64,000 nt of DNA from Clostridia bacterium. GTDB lineage: Bacteria > Bacillota > DTU025. A program made the position numbers and the translations under genes. The notes under the pieces were generated by a model. The model was not told where the DNA came from. It searched no databases and saw nothing but the letters and a program-made list of their open reading frames with translations. Below, piece by piece: positions 9,201-17,893 of the stretch (position 1 is its first letter; every line of letters begins with the position of its first letter). Location of the stretch: the NCBI GenBank assembly GCA_034926675.1, contig JAYFQW010000006.1:184217-248216 (forward strand), given 5' to 3'.

Positions 9201-10721
9201 GTTGAAGCGCTCGCCCACGGCGGCCATGTATCTATCGGTGGAGATGTCGATATCGAAGGTCCCCATGGCAACCGTCGTGGACCCTCGTCCAGATGCCTTC
9301 TTGTTCGTGGCGTCGGCGACATCAGCCTCTACGATGCACTTGTAGTTGCCCGTTGCGGCCCTGGGCGCGATGAAGGAGACTTGGGCAACGCCTGAGGAAT
9401 CGGTGACAGCGGTCCCCTGAGTGACGACATCTCCGTAGTACCCCCCGTACACGCCATCTTCGCCGCCCCAGTAGGCCTCGTCGAAACCGTCGTCATCGCG
9501 CTTTCCAAGGAAGCCCGCAGGCTGCGTGTACACGCGGTAGGTCACTTCGGCGTTCTGCACAGGCTCGCCGAAGTAGTACTTCGCCTCACATCGGGCCTCC
9601 ACTCGATCACCTGCGACATAGGTTGAACGATCAAACGTCACATCGACAGACCATTCGGGCTTGCGGTATTCCGCCACACTGAAATCGCCCCAGTGTTGCT
9701 CCCCATCGATAGTCGCAACGATGGAGTACTCCCCGAGCGACGGTTCGGCGCCCAATGTGAACTCCCCGGAGAAGGAGCCCCAGTTGTTAGTGGTGAGCTC
9801 CCTACGATATATCGGGTTCGATCGTGCGTCGCGAATCTCCACCGACACGGTGCGATCCGCCAGTACCGAATAGCCCGCCTCTCCTTGCGATCTGGCGATG
9901 CCCTTGAAGTACACCGTATTGTTCGGCCTGTACACGGGCCTATCTGTATAGATGTATATCTTGCGGGATCGTGCATCCCACCAATTGGAAGAGTAAAGGA
10001 AGGCGAAATCCTCGCCGCGCGAGCCAGTGGCGATTGCCGACGCCACCCCGGGCTTGAGTACGGCAGTGAACAGCCCAAAGGCATCCGTTATACCTGATAT
10101 GCCCGAGGAAGCGGACTTCGACCCTCCTGAATCTCCGCCATCTGAAGAGCCGATGGCGATCGGGCTGCCTTCAGTGTTCCAGCCTCTCGCGGCAATCGCG
10201 ACGCCAGGCGCAGGCTGCCCAGTTTTCAGATCAACAGCGTAAACCAGGAGCTTCCCAGCTGACTGCTTGGATATCAGGCCTATCCTGCTCACGGTGAACC
10301 ACGTGGTCTCCTTGCTTCTCAGCTGAGGAGAACGAGCGATCACCGCGTAGCAGCCCTCGGGCAACGGATCAAGCTTCACCGCAGCCTGAAGCGACTTGCC
10401 CGGGCGCGCGACCGGCACTCGTACAGTCTTCACGAGCCGCATCCCGGGGAACTGCGCACGGTGAAGCTCCCACACTGCATCGTGACCGCCCTGCCCGAAA
10501 TACGCCCGGCCGTCGAACCGGTATACATCGAGGGTGAGCTTCTCGATCCCCCACCCCCTCACCCCCAACTCGGGACGATCCTCTGGAAGATAGGTGCGCG
10601 CGGTGGCGAACACCCACGCGTTCGCCTCTCTGGCCCCGTACACGGGCACAGTCGACATCATCAGGAGCATCACCGCGAAGAGCACTACTGCCGTTCCAGT
10701 AACGCGCGTCCTAAGTTCCAT
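6246..10721 (-). CDS. bacterial alpha-2-macroglobulin family protein (1491 aa) with intact thioester motif
   Basis: It has a signal-like N-terminus, MELRTRVTGTAVVLFAVMLLMMSTVPVYGA. Its size and the repeated MG-type beta domains fit the family. LAAYPYGCVEQTMSAF carries the CxEQ thioester, with GCVEQ encoded at 7686-7700. The alpha/alpha-toroid TED region (..QHDDGGFGWW..) follows. Confidence 0.9.
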   Translation of the reverse strand: MELRTRVTGTAVVLFAVMLLMMSTVPVYGAREANAWVFATARTYLPEDRPELGVRGWGIEKLTLDVYRFDGRAYFGQGGHDAVWELHRAQFPGMRLVKTVRVPVARPGKSLQAAVKLDPLPEGCYAVIARSPQLRSKETTWFTVSRIGLISKQSAGKLLVYAVDLKTGQPAPGVAIAARGWNTEGSPIAIGSSDGGDSGGSKSASSGISGITDAFGLFTAVLKPGVASAIATGSRGEDFAFLYSSNWWDARSRKIYIYTDRPVYRPNNTVYFKGIARSQGEAGYSVLADRTVSVEIRDARSNPIYRRELTTNNWGSFSGEFTLGAEPSLGEYSIVATIDGEQHWGDFSVAEYRKPEWSVDVTFDRSTYVAGDRVEARCEAKYYFGEPVQNAEVTYRVYTQPAGFLGKRDDDGFDEAYWGGEDGVYGGYYGDVVTQGTAVTDSSGVAQVSFIAPRAATGNYKCIVEADVADATNKKASGRGSTTVAMGTFDIDISTDRYMAAVGERFNVKVRTVSLDGSPASRKLSIEMLKRTYTEKGYTDSPVSTKAAETPTSGVAEVSMEAAQPGTVVLRARGADERGNEIVTEDYIWVTSGAMGCDAEFRHDITVVCDKPRYAIGDTAKILVTAPSDVHSVLLTVEDSEIRHSQVVALESGSALVDLPIVADCAPNTYVCATAVAARVMQTASRGIVIDVPERILSVEIQPNKASYRPGETATYLVTTKDSNGDAMPAEVSFGLVDESIYAVRPDTTIEIEKFFHGRRQNSVTTENSFPLTYYGGADKEGGSETTRKDFPDTAMWIPSIVTDANGHAVVQVKMPDSLTTWRACVKAHTCETVVGQAQAKVTVSLPLVARLALPRHYTMGDRGSVTGVVHNYTRFTRRASVTLKAEGANVIGRVKKYVSIEPGGQATVEWDVEPTGVGQAKFTIRARSWFITDGVELSVPVLPFGEKGEGTWAGEISPSEGQPSAVMEFELPADSVSGTEAVTLDVSPGYAGVVEGALDYLAAYPYGCVEQTMSAFMPDVLAHEAFASLGVSISRSQEELAAMVNSGLARLYKYQHDDGGFGWWEFDQSMPWMTSYVLYGLSRAKRAGFEVSEEAISRAAAYLRSELPKIEKPADRAYAYYALATQGTLDQATEKSLSKFAKIQFSEAKPAPLAIAYAALASASSGNMEIAREGAERLAALAVRSSGQTYWKTEDSSYWWRSETAESTAWAMMAMLEAEPASPLIPEAARHLAVVRDGSQWRSTRESAAGVIALVEYMLHSHEDIAAEREVTVMVNGQEAGKLRAGGGAAGTVDSSSAASLEIDRKFLKPGANVVEITSAGGAVHYSMKASWCAPADEIKASGDCATITREYFRVDRAAVPPKGESYSVQSFSGEAKVGEELLVRVTVDAKSALEYMAFEDPVPSGFEIVEDFADPYSWNYWYDRREARDNRMVFFSTWIDAGKRRVFEYVIAPERPGIYRVMPTRAWSMYYPDLTAHGDSAEIRVVGNR

Positions 10722-10747
10722 CAGACATACCTCCTATGGCCTGCCGC

Positions 10748-11581
10748 CTACCGCACGGCCAATGAGCAACCGTACTTAACGGTGCGGAATCTGTACATTT
10801 CGAACGGCGCGTCCGAAGGAATCCCTGCCTCCGAAAGCGCCCAGCTCACCTGCTTCGCATGGGTCCGAGCCTCCCGGGGGAGTATGAGCCCTGTTCTCGA
10901 CCCTGACCTAACAAACACACCCCAGGTCGCCGGATCCCAGGCCTGCCCCCGCTGAACCCGTTCCAGCCTGCCTACGAAGGATATGGCATACTGGCACGAT
11001 TCGAGCTCCTCTGGACGGATCGGGGGATGGCGGAAATCCCGGGCCGCCACGTCGGTGGCGGACTTCGCGATCTCATCCCACAACGCTCCACATTGTGGCC
11101 ATATGGATCCGACGCACGCCCGGACGGAGTTGTTCCTCACGACTGTGACAACGACGCCCGCCGACCTGCGAGCGAAGAGATCCGCAGCTCCGTCGGGCGC
11201 GCCGTGCACGCGGAGAAGCTCCGCGATCTCGGAAGAGGACAGCACCGTCTCGCCTCTGACTGAGCGTTCAGCGGATTCGCGTGCAATGGCCAGCACCGCC
11301 CTTCCCAGGCCTGCCTGGTCAAACCGGGCGAGTTCCAACAGAGCATCACCAGCAGGCGCACGCGCAGATGCGGACCCGAGTGCAGGCCCGAGCGCGGACG
11401 CAACCGCGGGCGCAGCTGCAGGCGTTACAATGGGGGCTGCGGCCGCGATAGGCCGCTCTGCAAGCGATGGCTCTGTGAAACCGTGCCATGAACAGCACGC
11501 CCGCCACGAGATGAAACCTATGACCATCAGCAGCACTACAGCTGCGGAATATCGCCTCCAAGGACGCCCCACAGTGGACAC
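10748..11581 (-). CDS. membrane-anchored AMMECR1-domain protein
   Basis: It starts with RPWRR followed by the TM helix AAVVLLMVIGFISW and an Ala/Pro-rich linker. The rest, GVVVTVVRNNSVRACVGSI..DFRHPPIRPEELESCQYAISFVGRLERV..WGVFVRSGSRTGLILPREA..LSEAGI, follows the AMMECR1 pattern (FVTl..LRGCIG..DpRFpPl..El..isvL..G..v..g.r.g..LPqV..kAG). GTG 11572, 9 nt after GGGGA, is a likelier start than GTG 11581. Confidence 0.65.
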   Translation of the reverse strand: MSTVGRPWRRYSAAVVLLMVIGFISWRACCSWHGFTEPSLAERPIAAAAPIVTPAAAPAVASALGPALGSASARAPAGDALLELARFDQAGLGRAVLAIARESAERSVRGETVLSSSEIAELLRVHGAPDGAADLFARRSAGVVVTVVRNNSVRACVGSIWPQCGALWDEIAKSATDVAARDFRHPPIRPEELESCQYAISFVGRLERVQRGQAWDPATWGVFVRSGSRTGLILPREARTHAKQVSWALSEAGIPSDAPFEMYRFRTVKYGCSLAVR

Positions 11582-11865
11582 TCCCCAATTCGTCCTCGCG
11601 TGCGAGTCAGGATAGTCTCAAAGGTGTTGCGAAGACGTTGCTTTCAGACTGTATTCGACACTCGAGAGCGTCAGTCCTACCGGGAATGCGAGCCTGGGCC
11701 GGCTGTTTGCGCCTTGCCTAGCATAGATAGCCTTCGCTGTGCACCCAACGACTGTGCTCCCCCGAATAGGGAATAGGCTAAGCCCTGATCGCGTATCATT
11801 CGAGAGCGGCGATACCGCAATTCGGGCAATTGCCGTAGTTCGACGCGAGCGAAAGGGGATTGGCC

Positions 11866-13626
11866 ATGGGGAACGCCGTCGGGGGCCTCGCAAGAACGAA
11901 AGGTCTCCGTTGGCCCGTTATGCTCGCCTGCTGCACCATGGCTGCGCTTCTCATGGCTGCCGCAGCCCCGCGAGCGTCAGCGAAGGATGCAGAGACCAGA
12001 CACACTTCTCGCGCGCCCTACCTGATAATCCACCTAGATGCACTCTCTGCTCAGTTGTTCTTCAGTGAATACGACGCAGGGCGACTGCCCAATGTGGAGC
12101 ATGCCTTCTCCAATGGGAAGGTTGTGAGGAATGCCTCCAGCCTGTTCCCAGCTGGAACCGAGTCATTGTACCCCAGGCTGAAGAACCTGGGCAATATCGA
12201 GGACCCCTATCCGGTAGCCTGGGAGTACTACGACAGGAGCACGGACTCGGTCCACCCAGCGGCCAAGACTTTCATGAACCTGTTTCTGTCGGTTCCTTCA
12301 TATGCTCGCGTGCAGTTCATCACGGGGATTCCGGGCATGGACGCACTCGCGGGCATCGCACTCTTGAACACGCCTCGAATGCTGCGCGACTATCCTATCG
12401 TGGAGTTCTTCTGGTTCGGAACCGATGCCTCGGGGCATGTGATGGGCATTGACGCACAGGTGCAGAGCATGCGAGTGTTCGACGAGTTTTTCGGCCTCCT
12501 CATGGACAGCTTAGGCGACGAACAGGTGAACCTTGTGATCTATGCGGATCACGGGATATCGACGCTCACCTCTCTGCTCCGTTGGGATGAGCCGGTCGAA
12601 CGCGCCCTCGAAGAAGACCTGCTATTCGCCTACTACCCGAATGTGTACCTACGCAACCCCGCTTCGGCCGATGATGCAGCCCGGAGGCTCGCAGATCTGG
12701 AATCAGTCGATTTCGCGTTCTTCCGCCTAGCGCAAGGCGTGGTCGCCGGCTGGCACAAGGGCGGGAAAGTGGTGTTCACCTCCAGTTCGGAGGGCGTGTC
12801 GTATTCCTTCGAAGGGTCTGACCCATTCGGGTACTACGCCGCAGGATACGGCGGAGAAGCCATGCCAGACAGGGAGTGGCTCGAACGCACCTGCCACATG
12901 GACTACCCCGCTGTTCCAGTGGACATCGCTAGATTCATGGCCAATCCTTTGGCAGGTGACGTCGTCGTGGCCATCAACCCTCCGAACGGCCTGTTCGATG
13001 CGCTCAGACAGCGGGCAGGTCATTTCGGCTTCTCCCGCAGTGATCTCATCGTGCCGGTACTACTCACAGGACCAGACATCGACCTCGCCACGATCCCTGA
13101 GGCATTCTGGGTTCACACCCTATATCGGGACATTCTCAGAATCGAACCGCGAAACCAGAAGGCCACAGTGCGCGAACCCAATTCCATTGCCCTTTTTGCC
13201 AGTAGCGCCCTATGCGCCATGGCCCGAGAGAATCATCCGCCCGACGCAATCGCTCCGCCTTCCGGATCCGGAGTGGAGCTGCGGCTCTCGCCTGCACCGT
13301 CGGCCCGCATGATCCTGACGAAGGCGGATGACGCCTTGATCTGCTTGGCAGAGGCATCGATCCATCGCGATTTCCTGTCGCGCGTATGGGCAGGCGGCGG
13401 ACTGGCGTGGTCTGACCATGGAATCCGCCTTGAAGGATGCCCATGCCCTACCCCCTGCCTCTCCGGCAGGTTTGAGCTATTCCTGGGCCCGCTTACTGCA
13501 GAACTATCCGTCGTAGCCAAGCCTTCATTCACATCAGCGTCATCGCGACTCAGGTACGACATCATCAGCGGCTTTGCCATTGAGTGGATCCTCCCCAAGA
13601 GCATCGGCATCAGCCTGTCGTGGTGA
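11866..13626 (+). CDS. exported alkaline-phosphatase-superfamily (NPP-like) protein with C-terminal extension
   Basis: It has a signal-like segment, WPVMLACCTMAALLMAAAAPRASA. YLIIHLDALSAQLF, SLFPAGTESLYP, WFGTDASGHVMG and IYADHG mirror the NPP metal-site blocks. ATG 11866 lies 6 nt after AAGGGGA; the ORF track uses TTG 11860. The last ~130 aa are unassigned and end in IGISLSW. Confidence 0.7.
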   Translation: MGNAVGGLARTKGLRWPVMLACCTMAALLMAAAAPRASAKDAETRHTSRAPYLIIHLDALSAQLFFSEYDAGRLPNVEHAFSNGKVVRNASSLFPAGTESLYPRLKNLGNIEDPYPVAWEYYDRSTDSVHPAAKTFMNLFLSVPSYARVQFITGIPGMDALAGIALLNTPRMLRDYPIVEFFWFGTDASGHVMGIDAQVQSMRVFDEFFGLLMDSLGDEQVNLVIYADHGISTLTSLLRWDEPVERALEEDLLFAYYPNVYLRNPASADDAARRLADLESVDFAFFRLAQGVVAGWHKGGKVVFTSSSEGVSYSFEGSDPFGYYAAGYGGEAMPDREWLERTCHMDYPAVPVDIARFMANPLAGDVVVAINPPNGLFDALRQRAGHFGFSRSDLIVPVLLTGPDIDLATIPEAFWVHTLYRDILRIEPRNQKATVREPNSIALFASSALCAMARENHPPDAIAPPSGSGVELRLSPAPSARMILTKADDALICLAEASIHRDFLSRVWAGGGLAWSDHGIRLEGCPCPTPCLSGRFELFLGPLTAELSVVAKPSFTSASSRLRYDIISGFAIEWILPKSIGISLSW

Positions 13627-13771
13627 TGGCGCCTCCCCCCTATTCATCCGCAATCCCAGTCCAGTGCGTCCATGAATTGCTCGCGCCCTCTCCGGGCAGA
13701 GTATCTGTCGGGCATGTGAGGGAAGGTTGTCGCCTTGATATAACTTTCTTATATTGAACGTTATAATGTCG

Positions 13772-13801
13772 TTGACAAAAAAGCGGCATCTGCCCTATAC
13801 T
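13772..13801 (+). promoter_or_regulatory. sigma-A type promoter of the hspR-dnaK operon (TTGACA-N18-TATACT)
   Basis: TTGACA is at 13772-13777 and TATACT at 13796-13801. The promoter sits in a local AT-rich patch, 38 nt upstream of the hspR start. Confidence 0.5.
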
Positions 13802-13838
13802 GACAGTAGGAACCTAGAATACTCCGAGGTGACCAGAA

Positions 13839-14180
13839 TTGAGGCTGCACGGACCTGATGAACCAGTTTACACCATCAGCGTAGCAGCACGTCTGCTCGG
13901 AGTGAGCCAGCAGACTCTCAGGGTCATGGAACGCGAGGGCCTGCTCCAGCCGGCCCGAACCGAGGCCAACATCAGGCTCTACTCCGAAAACGACCTGCTG
14001 CTCCTGCAACGCATCTGCTACCTGGTTCGCAAGGAAGGGGTCAACCTCGCGGGGGTGAAGGTAATCCTCGAAATGGAATCGAGTGATGGAACACTCAGGT
14101 TCCGCTACAGCCAGGTAACCCGCGGTCTGATTCGAGATGGCGGCAAGGCCGGCGGATCGGACGAGGGCAATGACCTCTAG
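13839..14180 (+). CDS. hspR: MerR-family heat-shock repressor, HspR-like
   Basis: EPVYTISVAARLLGVSQQTLRVMEREGLLQPARTEANIRLYSENDLLLLQRICYLVRKEGVNLAGVKVILE is the MerR HTH of HspR type. It lies immediately upstream of dnaK. The start is TTG, 7 nt after GAGGTGA. Confidence 0.8.
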   Translation: MRLHGPDEPVYTISVAARLLGVSQQTLRVMEREGLLQPARTEANIRLYSENDLLLLQRICYLVRKEGVNLAGVKVILEMESSDGTLRFRYSQVTRGLIRDGGKAGGSDEGNDL

Positions 14181-14229
14181 ATCAAGCATTGGTTTCAGCC
14201 AAACGGACCTACAGAGGGGGTAAGTAAGA

Positions 14230-16173
<1,944 letters not shown>

Positions 16174-16215
16174 CTCGGAAGGCGTTCGTAACGCGAAACT
16201 GACCGAAGGCCATAC

Positions 16216-16262
16216 GGCGGCGAGTGGCCCGGGGAGAGACGGATTTGCCGCCTTCCCGGGCC
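16216..16262 (+). other. GC-rich structured spacer between dnaK and grpE (two crossing stems)
   Basis: GGCCCGGG (16226-16233) is complementary to CCCGGGCC (16255-16262). GGCGGC (16216-16221) is complementary to GCCGCC (16247-16252). No U-tract follows. Confidence 0.3.
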
Positions 16263-16289
16263 GCCTACAATTAGCAACGAGGTGTTCAT

Positions 16290-16799
16290 ATGAGCTACGA
16301 AGACCGCAATGAAAACGGGCAGGCTGCGCAGGGCGCCGTTCCCACCGACGACATGGCCGCGAAGCTCTCAGAGGCTGAAGCGAAGGCTTCAGAGAACTGG
16401 AACCGATACCTTCGCACCCTGGCCGATCTGGACAACTTCCAGAAGCGCACCGCACGCGACCTTGCATTCAACGTAAGGTGCGGCAAGAAAGATCTCGTCC
16501 TAAGGGTGCTGGAGATCGTGGATGACTTGGAGCGGGCATTGGCGTCTGACGCCGACTACACTTCGCTCCGCCATGGTGTCGAGGTGATAACCAGGAAACT
16601 CCTGGAGGCTCTTGCCTGTGACGGAGTCAAGCCCATCGAGGCTTTGGGCAAACCATTCGACCCGCGATTCCATGATGCAGTAGCAGTGTGCGAGGATCCA
16701 AACCTCGAAGTGGAGACGATCGTGGACGAGCTCCGACGGGGATACACGTACGATGAAGATGTCATTAGGCCAACCATGGCCCGAGTGGCAAGGCCATAG
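16290..16799 (+). CDS. grpE: nucleotide exchange factor GrpE
   Basis: RYLRTLADLDNFQKRTARD and the C-terminal beta domain ..GKPFDPRFHDAVA..RGYTYDEDVIRPTMARV are present, and the gene sits in the operon position expected for grpE. Confidence 0.95.
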   Translation: MSYEDRNENGQAAQGAVPTDDMAAKLSEAEAKASENWNRYLRTLADLDNFQKRTARDLAFNVRCGKKDLVLRVLEIVDDLERALASDADYTSLRHGVEVITRKLLEALACDGVKPIEALGKPFDPRFHDAVAVCEDPNLEVETIVDELRRGYTYDEDVIRPTMARVARP

Positions 16800-16843
16800 C
16801 CGCGAATTCGGCGGATGACAATCGCGGTGCGCCTGGAGGATAG

Positions 16844-17878
16844 ATGATGGATTTCAAGGATTATTACAAGATCCTCGGGGTGTCAAAGAACGCCACCGCC
16901 AAGGAGATCAAGTCCGCTTATAGGAAGCTCGCCCGAAAGTACCATCCCGATGTGAATCAGGGCGATAAGTCCGCCGAGGAACGCTTCAAGGAAGTATCAG
17001 AGGCAAACGAGGTGCTATCCGACCCTGAGAAGCGCCGTCGTTACGATGAGCTCGGGGCGAACTGGGATCAGTATTCCAGGGTGGGCTCGGCCGGCGCCTC
17101 AGGAAACGGCGCCGGATGGGGCGGCGCAGCAAGGCCGGGATGGCCGCCTGGAGGGCGCGGGAGAACCCAACCCGGCTACAGGCGAACCACATTCACGTTT
17201 GGAAACCTCTCAGATGGGGACTTCAGCGACTTCTTCAAGCAGTTCTTCGGCGGGTTCGATCTGGGAGGTTCGTACAGTGAATCTGCATATGCTCAGGGCG
17301 CAGCAGAGGCAGGACGAAAGGTGCGCAATGCGCGCTCAGCAGACACCGAGCACGAAATGGAGATAGACCTTGAAGAGGCTTACCGGGGCGGGCAGCGCTC
17401 AATCGAGATCTCAGACTCTCCAGACGGGTCAAGACGACGAATCGTTGTGGATATCCCTCGTGGCGTTAGGAGTGGTTCGAAGCTCCGAGTCGCGGGAGAA
17501 GGCGCCCCCTACCCCGGTGGCCGCGGAGATCTGTACCTCAAGTTGGTCATAAGGCCCAATGCCAGGTTCGAGCTGAGCGGGGACGACCTTCGCACGGAAG
17601 TGACTGTTCCACTCACCGATGCAGTTCTCGGCGGGGAGGTCAGCGTGCGCACCTTGGATGGAGGGTCCGCCGTTATGCAGTTGCCTGCGGAGACCAAGAA
17701 CGGACAGACTCTCCGCCTGCGCGGGCAGGGCATGCCCAAGCACAAGGAGGACGGGAAGGGCGATCTTCTCGTCAAAGTTGCTGTGGAATTGCCCAGGAAC
17801 CTGACTGAACGTGAGCGCGAGCTATTCGCGGAGCTAGCGAGGATCCGGCGCGGCAGCAATGCCACAGGCGCCAAGTGA
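16844..17878 (+). CDS. dnaJ: J-domain co-chaperone, type II (CbpA / Thermus-DnaJ-like, no zinc finger)
   Basis: It has [13 protein letters not shown] (J domain), a G/F-rich linker and the C-terminal CTD I/II. The 344-aa protein contains no cysteine at all, so the CxxCxGxG zinc-finger domain is absent. Confidence 0.9.
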   Translation: MMDFKDYYKILGVSKNATAKEIKSAYRKLARKYHPDVNQGDKSAEERFKEVSEANEVLSDPEKRRRYDELGANWDQYSRVGSAGASGNGAGWGGAARPGWPPGGRGRTQPGYRRTTFTFGNLSDGDFSDFFKQFFGGFDLGGSYSESAYAQGAAEAGRKVRNARSADTEHEMEIDLEEAYRGGQRSIEISDSPDGSRRRIVVDIPRGVRSGSKLRVAGEGAPYPGGRGDLYLKLVIRPNARFELSGDDLRTEVTVPLTDAVLGGEVSVRTLDGGSAVMQLPAETKNGQTLRLRGQGMPKHKEDGKGDLLVKVAVELPRNLTERERELFAELARIRRGSNATGAK

Positions 17879-17893
17879 AACGGGGGGAGCGTC

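Noticed and set aside
13627-14229. I looked for canonical CIRCE (TTAGCACTC-N9-GAGTGCTAA) and HAIR (CTTGAGT-N7-ACTCAAG) operators near hspR and dnaK.
   Set aside because: I found no match within two mismatches by eye. Only weaker AT-rich inverted repeats are present, and these are reported separately.
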